This document shows positions 36,540 through 49,500 of a stretch of 64,000 nt of DNA, piece after piece. The stretch lies in the NCBI GenBank assembly GCA_036867785.1, contig CP145428.1, positions 496,001-560,000 of the forward strand. The letters run 5' to 3'. The position numbers and the translations under genes are program-made. The stretch is from Plasmodiophora brassicae (Eukaryota). Each line of letters starts with the position of its first letter. The stretch's first letter is position 1. Below the pieces are notes generated by a model, which ran no database searches, was not told where the DNA came from, and saw only the letters and a list, made by a program, of their open reading frames with translations.

Positions 36540-37058
36540 CTGACCAGCTAGGTCACTGGGGCAGCGCCCCACAGGCGCGTCAAGGTCGCCCGGCAGGTTG
36601 TGCAGGAGGATGGCGAGGATGAGATCGTCCGGGATCAAGATCCCGTGTTGCGCACGGCGAACGCGTTAGCCAGAGTCGCCGCCACTTACTCGGTGATGGA
36701 CTGGTCGGCGCCCTTCTTGCTGTCCACGAATTTGGCGGTCGCGGCCACCATGGCGCCCATTGACGAACGTTGGTGCGTCTCAAAGAGGTGCTTCCAGAGC
36801 CCGTACGCCGATTCGCGCGCTGGTGAGAATGGCGTCCAACAGGCGCAGTTCGATCTTCGCTTTGGCGCGTCGGTCCTTCTTCGCCCAGGGGATGTCGCCG
36901 GGAGCAGGGCTGCCGGTCGGCGGGTGCTCGAACGGCAACAGCGTCGTGTTGACGTCTTCTAGGTCCTTCTCGATCAGCAGTGCAGCCATGCGCTGCGCCC
37001 ACGCGAGATAGTTGATCCCGGTGAGTGTCGGGACTCTGTCCTCGTCCGACTTGCCCAT
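36540..37058 (-). mobile_element. Copia-type gag fragment (frameshifted)
   Basis: VPTLTGINYLAWAQRMAALLIEKDL...WAKKDRRAKAKIEL and IPDDLILAILLHNLP; a PBS-like GATTAAGAGTCCCAG lies just upstream. Confidence 0.75.
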
Positions 37059-37543
37059 TGGTCAGAGCTGGGACTCTTAATCTATGAAGACGTCCGCAGA
37101 TCATGTGCGGTAATGAGAGTGAATGTTGTACAATATCATGAAGGTGCTCCACGGACGCAAGTGGCGGGGTCCGGGGCGATTATATGAGAGGGTGCCCTAT
37201 GGTTGCTAGGGTGAGATTGTTCACATTCTGGAGTCGCCCGAGATGGATGCCAACACGAGGCATCCCGGTAGAACTGATGTGATAACGTTTTCGCGCGCCC
37301 CAGCAGCACCAGTAACCTCTTCCCGGAACGGGGAGGCGATTTTTTGGGCGACGCAGGGGGGGGGGACCATTCCCAATCGTGACTGCGTCGGGGGAGGGGG
37401 GGGGGGTCGATCTGTGCAAGTAACACTTATATTGGCCGCCGGACGGGGGAAGTTGGAACAGGGCGGGTTCGTCGTTCACTTGACGAAAAAACGCAGCCGA
37501 CCGCTGCTGCTGGTGGTGGTCGGATATGCGTCGCTCCAGCGCC

Positions 37544-40500
37544 ATGGACGTGGACGACGTCGACGACGACGACGTCGACGCCGGGCGCATGGACGTCGAC
37601 CCCAGGTATCGTGCGGCACCGCAGGCACCGCGGGCGCCGCCGGTCCCCGCTGCCCAAGAGGCTACCGCCGTCGAGCACGCGCCGTTCGACCTCGTCCCCA
37701 GGGGCGCCGACGACGACGCAACGACGACGACGTCGTCGCAGCCGCCGACGTCAAAGTCGTTCGATTTTCGACACGGCCGGATGCCCGACGGTGTCGCCAT
37801 CGTTGGCGACCCGGAGGCGGTGTCGGCGTCGGCGCTCGAGATCCAGTCCGATCAGAGCACGGCGCTGTCCCTCGCGCCGAACGCGTCCCTCGAAGTCAAC
37901 CGTACGCCCGGCCAGTGCGTGCCGTCTGCGCTTTCTAACTCGTCGGCGTCGCGACAGTGGCGCTGCCGGGGCAGCCCGCCCTGCTGAACGAGTACACGAT
38001 CACGCTGGACGTCAAACTGGACCGTTTGCCGACGGAGAGCCTGTCGTTGTTCCAGGCGAACCAAGCCCGGCCGACCGAAGGCGAGTGTTTCATTTCGAGC
38101 CATGGCGGCGTCGGGATCTTTGGCGAGTACGGCGTCAAGGGCGCTGAAGTGCACCCCGAGGCCTGGCATCGGGTCGTGGTGACGCTCGGACCGGATCGCC
38201 CTGGCGGCATCCCGAAGATGTGCACGTACGTGAACGGCGCCCCGTGCGCGGTCGTGTCGAAGGGCGTGTTTGAGACGCCGAACGCCCGATTCGCCCTGTC
38301 CTCGCAGACGGTGCGCCTGTTCGCGTCCTGCAACTCCAAGCTGATGCCCGGGGTCCTCCTGCGGTACGTCGATATCCGGGTCGGCGCCATGCCGAAACAG
38401 AAGGTCCTGGAGACGGTGAACGCGAACCGCGTCTTCAGCTATTGGGAGGTGCAACGGGAGAAAGGTTCGCGCGCCCTTACCCATTGTGTGTTGTCTCGCC
38501 CCCGTCTCACACTATTGCGTTCATAGCCGAGAACGAGCGCATGGCATCGCTGTCGTTACACGAGTTGTACAAGCGCCCGCCGCCTATTTGGCTGCATCCA
38601 ATGTACTTCGGTAAGGACCCCGGATCCCTAGCCGAGGTTGCTTGGGAGCTGATCCTGATTCCACTACAGGCATGTTCGGTGATGCCTACTTGGGAGGATC
38701 CAACCTGGATAGTGGTACTTTGGAGACCTTCTGCCGGTGGACTGCACCTGACGGCGTGTTGCAGGGTCGTCACTGGCGCCATGCGTTGCCGTGCTGAATC
38801 TGGTCCTGAAACGTCTCCTGTCCCCGGTGTCATCTGTGCTCGACACATTCAGTCACGCTGACCTGCAGACTGTCGCTGCCCTGTCGTCCGTTCTCGACGA
38901 TGCGGCTGATTTCTTCCACAAGTTTGATCAAGCGTGCCGCAACATGTCGCAAATGCTCCAGTTTCTTCGAATCCTGCGAAACAAGTTGACATCGCTCAAG
39001 GTTAGACGGCGCTGCTCCCAGCTGGCCGTACGTACTGAGTTCTACCGCGTTTGAACAGGAAGGCGACGTTATGCTTGTGCCTGCTGGAATTGGCGCCCAT
39101 CCGGTAGTTTTTATTCTTGAGCGCCAAACGTCCTCGTTCCACGTCGTGTTCATCAACACGGACCCTCATCGAGGCCTTGCCTATCACGTGTCGGATGCGT
39201 CCGTAGCAAACAAGACCAGGTACTACTGGTTTGCTCTCTGTATCACGTTTCTGTGCAATAACAACACCCAGGTTTAAGTTTTGTATCGCCTTCAAGGATG
39301 TCCCATTGGAACGCGTTGTCAACGACGCGTTCTGGGCCCTGGTCTTCAAAGGCGTCATCGAGCAGTCCAAGCATGATACACCGGACAAGGTATGAAACTA
39401 TAACCCTGTGTTTCCTGTACGTTCTGAAGCCTGTTCTACTCAGATCTATGAAATCCTCCTGCCATGGCTCAGCAACGCGCCTCTCTACGACTCCATTGCA
39501 ACCACAGAATCAGATGATGCCGTTCGGTACCGTACGCCTCAGCGCTCCTCCACTGCTGCGTTTCGGGCACTGCACGAGGCGTCCCAGTATATCTGCCTGC
39601 GCAAGGGGCTACCACAGTCATGTGCCAAACATCTCTTCTTTGCCTGGCGTTGGCAGACGCTGGAGATGACACACGCCGACCTGAAGTTTATGAACGAGCT
39701 CTCTGACGCCGATAATCGCCTGATCAACTTGGCCTGCGAACAAGTGGCGTACGCCTCCGTGAAGATGGCGGAGTCTGGCGACACGTTTGCCACCACTCGG
39801 CGCCTGGCTTCCATCAAGGACAGACTTGATGTCATCCAGGAGCTTCGTCAATCACTTCCATTGTCCGTTTCTTCTGGTCGGGACAGCGCGTCAACCTTGA
39901 ATTGCCTGCCCGATGGCGAAATTGCCTGGCAATGGCATTTGCTCCCACACACGGAACGGTTATTCAGGGACGAGGATGTCAGCGGCCTCGCCGGATTCCC
40001 ATCGCGGTTGCCTCGCTACGTACCCTGCGACCTACTCCAAATTGGTACAGCGCCTGCGACGACCTTCAGCGCCTGCATTGCCGCGTTACGCCATACGGAT
40101 AGGCTGTGCACTCTGATGTCTGTACAATCTGGGTCACACGTGAAGCACGCGTCTTTCCTGAAAGTTGCACTCCTCGAACACACGTTCTGTCACGTGCTTC
40201 CCGTTCCTCAACCGGTTTCGAGCTGCGGTGAGGTTGGTCCCGTCCTTCGTGTCAGTATGTCGCAGAATTTGAGGGCCTTTGTTCATCATAGGGATGCCCG
40301 TGGTCGACCCCGATGCTGTACGCTCAGCAGCTTGACATACTTATCCTGTGTCAGCGTCTGATGGAGCACTTCGTGTCGTCTGCGTTCTCGTTGCAAACCA
40401 GTCGCTCATTCGATGCTGTTCGACTTATTGTGTCCGCTTGCATTATGACTATTGCGGATCGTGTGCTACGCGTCAAGGCCGACGACATCCCATCGGAGGT

Positions 40501-43500
40501 ATCACTGAACCTGGCGGGGTGCGGCAGCAATGGCAAGCCATTTGCCGCCACCCTCGGGCACTTTGCGAAACAAACGTGCACTATCGAGGTTCACTACCCA
40601 GAACTCCTTGCGGCCCGCGCTTCCATCCTGCACTACTTTGAAATGTTACACGAAGGTACGTGGTATGCAGTGGTTCTTATGAACAAGCTTTGACACCGTT
40701 CCGCTTCAGGGGTACCCGAGAGTAACATGATATTCGATTGGGAAAACGGCAATGCACCCCAAGCGGGTACCTGCCTGCTAATTGAGCAGATCTGCCGGGA
40801 CCTTGCGTTCCCTCTTGATAACATCCCAGCTTACGTTTCCGGGGAGTCGTACTTGATCCAGAAAAACTATCCGTGCTGGCCATGCTTCCGAGACGTCTGC
40901 TTCTGGTTCAAGTATTTCCAGAACACAGATCCCGATTGCTTCCCGCCAGTTCCCGCCAAACCCTACATTCAAAAGCACGCGTGCCTACAATGGGAACTAG
41001 GGCAGCAGGGTTACGTCGTCGTCGGGTTCCGGATGCCGCTGCAATGCAAGCCACTGAAGGGGCCCTTCACTGAGCGTTTCCCATCGAAATCGACGCCGCA
41101 GACTCTTGCATCGCCTCACGCGATTCGAAAGGAGGACGACGTTCTTCACATCAAGAACCTTCCAGATTTTGACGGTGTCCTGGGACAACGCGACTCCGAA
41201 CTTCTGCTGTCATACCTAACAACGCCCTACATCCGGATCCCGCTTGTCTTGTACGTGAAGTGCTGTCTTCGACCATTTTTACGTGCTGAAGTCTGTGTCC
41301 AGGAATCTTTTCGCAACGAACGATCGAATCCACACGCTACGAAGCGAGAGCCTTCGGGACGTGCTTGACAGCACTCTGTTTGAACCCGGAACGTACCTGC
41401 CCCGGCGACTACGTGACAAAGCCCCTGAATTCGTTCCTACGAACGACGAAACGCTGCTTGCTACTCGGTATGGCTTGCTGATCAACGAGCTGGTCTGCGC
41501 ACCGGACGCCGTTGTTTCCGCTGTTATCCGCCTAATGAATCAGGCGCTGGAGATCGACACCGGCGACTTTGACGTTTCGTCCACCGACATCATCCTGTAC
41601 GTCGTTCGGGTCGCAGCGCGTGTTGATAACTACATCAGCTACCTGATCGAGGGAGACCTTGACGCGAAACCGCTGTGTCGTGACCAACGAGCGGCGCTGA
41701 CCGCTTGTAGCGGCGCTCTTCGTTCCGGTCTGGAGGACATTCGCTGTGTTCTAAGGTCCCGCTTCGTTCCCCTTCTCCAGTCCTGGTTTACCCGTCTGTT
41801 CATTGAACAGCCGGACCAGAACGTCGATGAGATTGCAAAGTCGGCCTGCACTGTGCAATCGCACATCCTGCTGATCTACCGGAACGTCCACACGTTTACG
41901 GTGGACATTGCTGGAATTGTCCTGTCCAGTGTGATATTCATCACGACCAGGCACAGCTGGAACCTGAACCTGCTACCCATTCCAGAAACGGAAATCTTCG
42001 AACTCGTCCAGTGCTGTCGTCGCCGGCTGATTTCGTTCCTTCACACCTGCAACCACGCCGACGTCAAGACTGTTCTTGAGCAGGTTGTCCAGGTCACGAC
42101 GCAGACGGAATCTGCTGATCCCAATCGGCGGTGGTTCTCCGTCGCCGGTCCTCGTTCCGCTGGACGATTTGCCATTTCGTCAACGCACATTAGCAACGGG
42201 AATGCTGTCGAAGCCGTTGAAGACAACAGCGAACTCGGGATCGAAATCGATCTGCAGCGGCTCCAACTCACGTTCCGGAATGCGCATCTTCGTGCCCTGG
42301 AGCAGGATGTCGCCCTGAACGAAGACGTCCAACTTGTGTTCGGCGGGGCCAAGTCCATTCAAGCCGCGTTGCTTGAAACAGCACAGAATCGTGACCTGTT
42401 CGAGCTCGTCAGTCGTGAACACACATTGCAGCACTGGAAAACGCCCGACGAGCGCCCAGGCCTGTTGCCGTTAGAGACTCGCGAATACTCGCCTGGGGAA
42501 CTTGACGCGTCGGAGCAATGGATCGCTGAGCTCCTGGAACCCGTCCGACTGACCTACATGATGAAGCCCGTCCCCATTCGCATCCTGATGCCGAGCGCGC
42601 TGACGCCTCGCGACGCCACTGTCGCCGTATTGTACGCGTTGCATCCGATGAATAATGGTGCATGGAAGGAGATCCATGTGTGCCGCGACACGTTTGTTCA
42701 AGTGTTCCACCTGGTGTCCCACGGCCGCCGGATCTACCGCTCCCTGGTGTACACGACCGACTCCCGATTCTCACTTGGCGACATGCAGCCATCCACCAAG
42801 AACAGACAGCATCTGTGGCAGCCGTGGGAGCGCCATGGCGCTGGCCACCCTCTCGCGGACCCGTTCGGTAGGTCCTGTCGTCTCTGTCGCCGTTTGCGTG
42901 CCTAACGTGCACCTGCAGATCCAACTTCGATCGTCATCACAAGGCATTCGCATCATCCGACGAATCTTTCGGGTACCGAGGAGATGTTTGTCCCGTCACG
43001 GCTCCTGTTCGGAATACTGCCGTCCGCGCTGTTGGATCATTACATGTTCTGGCAGGACGAGGATGATAATCTTCGCGGTTATCCTCGAGAGGACGAGCCC
43101 GATAGTGACAACCAACGGTACCTGATCATGGTGACCCTTCGGCGAAGCAAACAGGTCAGTGGGTTATTCCTGTAGAATCATTTGATCTGACGCGTCTACC
43201 TCAGCTGGATTGCACCCGTTCCCCAGGCGCTGGCGCCATTGTGGTTCGACGGCCAATCAACATGGCGATCACTTCCTCTGCAGAGAGCATCATGGACAGG
43301 GAACTGATGCTGGTAAACCTTTCTGATGCGCCACGAGAATCGGCACTGTTCCGTATTGGTCGTGTCATGGCACGATTGGACCGGTACTCCTACGTCCTCC
43401 CGTGGACTGCGTCGAACGTCAATGACACAAGTGACGCCCCGCTCTCAAGGTCTGCACGGAGTCATGTTCTCACGCCTCGCCGTTAACTCGAATGCATGGT

Positions 43501-46500
43501 GTAGTGCCAAACTATCCCTGGACCTGGTTGAGCTGCCGCGACTGAAAACGAGCTTTTCTGTCCGGAAGGATCGCACAGGCGTCCCCCGACTTTTCAGTGA
43601 CGATCACGTGTACGTTCGTTTGCTTGCGAGTGTTGGTTTTGCTGCTGACCTGAATACGATTACAGGGATTTGTTTGTCTGTCCTGAACAATCGCGCCTGA
43701 CATCACAACTGATTTCCGGTATTCCTCATGCCATACTCCTGTCGAACGAGAACGGTGAAATAACCGTCTTCATCCCGGTATGTGCATGTCTGGATGCGTG
43801 TATCCATTTTTACACGTCCATAGGCCGTTCCTCCTGTCCGACCCGTTATCGGATCGTCGCCATTCTCTACAGAACTCGTCCTCGTCCGCAACGACTTGGA
43901 TTGGTTCAAAGTGCTCGACGTCCGCTACTACCTTTATCCGATTCGTAAACACGGGCATTTCATATTCCCCATTGCGTTTCTAACGGTCGACGCAGACATC
44001 AGTCTATCTTTCATGCTGACGCCGACGCTTAGCTCCGCCCTTTACCTGCTTCTGCTTCGTTTCCTGCACCGCGATTACATGCAGGTCATCGGGCTTGGTA
44101 CGATTACAAGCATGCAATGGTTACATACGGTCTCTTAATTTGCGTGTGGCAGCGAACTCCATCGGGACGGACACCGACTTCTCCAAGGAAGAATCGCAGA
44201 TATTCCAACTCTTGGAAATGACCCTGTCCGATTATTCGCCGGATGCTCTTGCCTGTCGTCTACACGTGGAGAATGTTACCTCCGATAGTCCTGTATCTTG
44301 CCCTTGGCTGCTGACGAAGGAACTTTCTGCATACGTTAGCAAATTCTCGCATGTTTCCTCCACATGCCGGTTACCAGTCGCCGACGAACTTCAACTCCTT
44401 GAAGTGGCGATCGTTGACCCATCCGACGCACGATTCGATCCCAAGGTTTACACCGTGTATGAAATCCTGATCGTTCGCAATCGGCTGCACTACGTGCGGT
44501 CGATCGTCTCCAATCAGCCTGAGGCTATGATGGTGAACATGGTGCGCCCTCGACAAAGCTTGGACTCGACGGCCTGGCCTCTTTATTACGACATGTCTGC
44601 GTTGTCGGCACAACCAAGCGATTGGCAGGACTTGACTGTTTACTTCTCGAGCAATGCGGTACTGTCGGGAGAAATCGTCATGCAGGCAGCGTCGCAGTTC
44701 TGGGCCGGACAAGAAGACATGTCTGGCCATGCGCTAAAGCTCGGGTTCCTATTTCTCTATGGGCTGCTGACGGGGACAATTACTGCCAAGGTCTGCGCAA
44801 ACGACGATTCTCGTACGCTCGCCAGCATCTTTCTGCAATTGTATTCCGATCGGCACCAGCCTACCATTATGTCTTCGATAGCGCACATTCTGGTCCAAAA
44901 CGAGTTCCTTCCCAGTCTGTGTCCAAAGTTCCAGGACAACAGGCAGTTCAAGAGCGAAATGATCAATGGCGTCCCTGACAGCCTGAGTCCCACGTCGCCT
45001 CTAGCTGACGTCTTTGAAGGCGTCCTTCCTGTTCTGGTTAGCAACTTTGACGACCTCTGGGTGCCTCAGAAAGATGTTTCGGAGGCAAGCCATCCCATGC
45101 AAATGGAGTTTATTATGCGAGTGCCGACCGGCGTCGAATACTGCAAGACGTGGCCGATCCCAGCCATCTCAGACTTCTCCTGTGATTTGCAACATCTTCG
45201 TCCGTTGCCAGAGTCGTCGTGCAAATCTGCTCCTCATTTGGCTGTGTCTGCTTCCGCCCTCGAAGCGTTCTGCGGTGAACCTTTGAGCGGGTCTCTGCGA
45301 TTGCCAGACTTTGTCAGCAAACAAACGCGTTCGCAACTAGGATACCCTCTTGTTGATGACAAGGTATGTTTGGTGTATCATGTGCATAAAGTAATAAGTG
45401 ACTGTTCCGCAGCTGCCGTTTGATATTCGGCCTCATGCAGAAGCACAGTCCACTGTTGCACGGGCTATGCTGGCCCGCCTGGAGTCAGACCTGAAGTTGT
45501 TTGCCGACATTCGCAACAATGGCACAATCGCCAAGTTTTCGTCGCTGTCTGAGCACGGCTGCAGGGCGTTCGTCTCGCAGAAGAACCCAGTTCATCCGGG
45601 TACGTTAGGGTGCCGGGTGCCGTTGCGATCGTGTTAACTCGTATGCCAGGTGTCGAATCTGCACTACGTCAGGTGGTGGGCCTGGTCCGACTGCTAGAAG
45701 ACGTTAAAGTGTCTGACGGGTTGGTGGATTCTGGACTCCTGGTCAGATGTGAAGGCGGGGCCGATTCTTACTGATTGAACAGGAAGTACTTATCTGCTGC
45801 GCTGGATGCTTTGATAACCTTGTCGAATGACGTTCCTGTTTCCTGCACTGCTGATCCCAACGACGATCTGCAGAGGTACACGTTCATGCTGAAACGCTCT
45901 TGTGGACAAGCGTCGTTCTTCTGTTCGTCAAGGCTACCATTAATCTGTTGGACCTTTTCCTAACTGTTTAATGCAGGGCTAGAGTTCCTTTTCGGATCGT
46001 TGCTGTCGTCCAATGCGGAAACGGACATTCACGATGTCAATCCCTTCATGGACTCGGCGACGGCTGATCTCATTCGCCAGCTGGCAATGTTCGCTATTCT
46101 GCACGCGAACCGGATTGGCCAAGTGAACAAGTGCCTGACGCACGCTCGTGCCATGTACGTACCTCCCCCTTGCATCTCCGCGTGTCACCTCCTCATCGTC
46201 AACGGTCAGATCTGAAATTCTTTCATCGCTGCTCGATCCGGCCAGTGTCCCCGGCGAAACGGAGGTCGCTGCATTGTCTCAGCAGTCGGAACAACTAGCC
46301 CAGACGTTGCTTGTAAAACGTCACTACGTGGCGTCGAGCAGCAACCATAACGTAAGTTTGGGCATTGAACATTGATTGCAGCCTCCGTGTCAACGCATGG
46401 TTTTCTCAGGTCGTGGAGTATTCCCTTGACCCTCGTTATCTCGTATTCGAGTTTACGTGGAATATCCAGCTGCGGCTTCAGCAAGTGCAACTGGTTCGTG

Positions 46501-49500
46501 AATTCATGGGGTCGTTAGGCCAGGGCGCATCTCTTGTGAAGCAGATGATTATGGGGGCCGGCAAGACCACTGGTACAACGGGGCTGACTTTGTGTGCCGC
46601 CAACTTTAACATTCAACACAGTCGTTGGCCCGCTTCTTGCGCTCATGCTCGGCGACGGTCGAGGTCTCGTCACTCAAGTCGTTCCTGCATCACTTCTCGA
46701 GTTCTCTCGCAGCGTCATTCGCTCGACCTTCTCGTCGATAATGCACAAGCGCGTGTACACATTGCTATTCGACCGAACGTCCAAAGCAGACGATAATTTG
46801 TACAGCAAGCTGGATAATGCTCGACGTTCCCGCGGCGTTGTTATCAGGTAGTTCCGTCACCCAGGTACACAAATTGGGGTCATGCACCTGAAAGTCGATT
46901 GCAGTACTCCAACGTCCATCAAATCCATTATGCTGAAATTCATCGAGAACCTTCATGCGATGCAGACAGGCAGCGCAGCTGTTGACTGTATGCAGGAGAC
47001 TGCCACGCTGGCTAAAATCCTGTCTCTGTTCCATCATGGCGTTCTCATCATGGACGAAGTCGACCTGCTGTTGCATCCCCTCAAATCCGAATTGAATTTC
47101 CCAATTGGTTCAAAGAACCCTGTAGACTTTGAACCCCATCGGTAATAAGGTGGTTAACTGGGTTTTCGGTGAAGTCTGATTTGGCGCCAGGTGGAAACTG
47201 CCGATTCACATTCTTGATGCGATCTTCTACGCAGACCGCGAGCGTATGTCCGTTGGTTTCCGAGAGAGCCAGCGCGCTGTCGGCCTGCTTCGTGAAATCC
47301 GAAACGTCGTTGAGACTGGCTATCGCAAGCGCGCTTTACAGCGAATTCCACATCTGGTTCTACTTGACCCGGACTTCTATCATGTAAACACCGTCTGTAA
47401 GGAATCGCTATCCTGCTTAGGGTTGCATGTAGGTTCATTTGAAACCTTTGGTTGCGGAATGGATCCTTCTATGGCTTGAAAGCCAGCACCTCTCCGGGCT
47501 ATCAGAATCCGATATCAGGCGGTACATCCTGAACCAGGCTGAAGGCGACAAAGAACTCGTAATATGAATACCCTTCAGGGCTTTACACTCTTCCTTTGCT
47601 GACATGACCTTGTTTAGGCTCGCGCTGTTGACAATGACCTTCCAGTACAGCATCGTAAAATGTTAAACCTGTCTAAAGACTGGCTGAACACATTCTTGCC
47701 GCATGTTATCGCCAAGATTGACCGGGTCTCATTCGGCCTACTGAGTGACGATGACTTTGCCAGGTGAGGTCCTATCACACGATGCTATATTTCCATGCGG
47801 GCTTCACTGACACGTCTCCCAGAGCCATTGCCGTCGATCCCTTGATGCCCCGTACTCGTGCTAAATTGGCTGTCCCATTCGTTGGAAAAGACTCGCCATC
47901 GCGTTCCAGCGAATTTGTAGGCACATCTTGTTAAACCAAAGTGGTGTTTTCTGACCTCGTGGGTATCCTAGGCCCATCCTGATGTCATTCTTGGTCTAAC
48001 CGTGTTGGCCTACCGGTACGAAGGCCTGCGCCGTACTGATTTCAACGATATTGTCAACTCGCTGCGCAACTCCATGCTGAAGGAGATTGGTCCTGTGAAC
48101 GAGCGTCCCTCTGCTCGTCGTTACGCATCGTGGGTTTCTGAAATGGGAGGCACCATCAAAGGAAGTGCCCAGACCGGAAACGACGGCACCGATGATGGCT
48201 CCGTTGTCCACCTGCGCCTTCTAAAGCAGTCGAACGAGAAGCAGATGTCCAAACTGTATTCCTTATGGTCGCACTCGCCCGATGTCATTCATTGGTACCT
48301 TGGCGAGTACATTTTCCCAGTGTTCCTGCGACACCAAGAGATCAAGCTGAGTGAAAGCGGTCAAGGACTGGGTGGGTCCATGCTTTTCGAGCGCCGCATC
48401 GGGTTCAGTGGCACGCCAAGTGATTTGCTTCCTGTTGAACTGGGCAAGTGCGGTTACGAGAAGGGCTCCGATGGACAGATCCTCCACACGATGACGTCTC
48501 CGGACGTAGTTCATGTCCAGTTCATTGACGAAGGCTGGACTGTCGACTCGCTACTCGACCTAATCGCTCGTGCCGAGAACCCCGTATTCCATTCCCTGAT
48601 CGACACGGGCGCACTGATAACCGGTTTGTCGAACCTTGAGGTCGCGCAGGCCCTTCTTCGTAAGGGCTTGGAAGGGTTCGATGGGGTCGTCTTCCTGGAT
48701 GAATTCGATCGGAAGATGATTCTCGTCCGTGCGACGGGCCGCGTTGTCAAGCTCGACCAGTGCGGCATTGAAATGTCCCGCAGGTTCGTCTTTTACGATC
48801 AAGGTGCGCATGTTCACGTCTGCTGTCGGCATGGCTTGCTCTAACGGTCGTAACAGTACATACGACGGGGATGGACATCAAGCACGTCCTGGACGCACGT
48901 GCGGTCCTTACCCTGGGGAAGGACATGGTCTTCCGCGACTATGCCCAGGGAGCATTCCGCATGCGGGGGATCGCCAGGGGCCAGACAATCCAACTGTTCA
49001 TTATTCCTGAAGTTGCGACCTTGATCAGGCGCGAGCTTGCCGCTGCCGGGTACTCGTCAACCGCAGTGGGCGGTGGCGAGCAGACGCTGCGGGATGTCAC
49101 AGCGTGGTTGACGATCAACAGCATGCGCAGCGAACGCGTCCAGTTCAACCAGCTATGCCTGCAGAACGTTGCGAATGTGTGGCGGAAGAAGGCGTTCAAC
49201 AGCCTGCTCACTCAGTTTGACGAGTTCTGCAAGTCAGGGTCGAACGCGTCGCCGCGTCTGCAAATCTGCCTGGACGCGTTCCGGGAGAAGATCGACTTCA
49301 GCGTTGAGAGTTGTGTCCCACAGAAGGTCCCGTTCCACAAGGTTGCCATCGCCCGAAAACCATCAGCGGCTGGTTTCGTCGCTGAACGTCTTGTTACAGG
49401 TTATTCAGGATCGTGTTGATGAGCACAAGTCGCTGATCACGGCCGCTGATGACTGGAGCGTTGTAACCGCCGTCCAGCACGCAGTCGGCAAAGGCGTCCT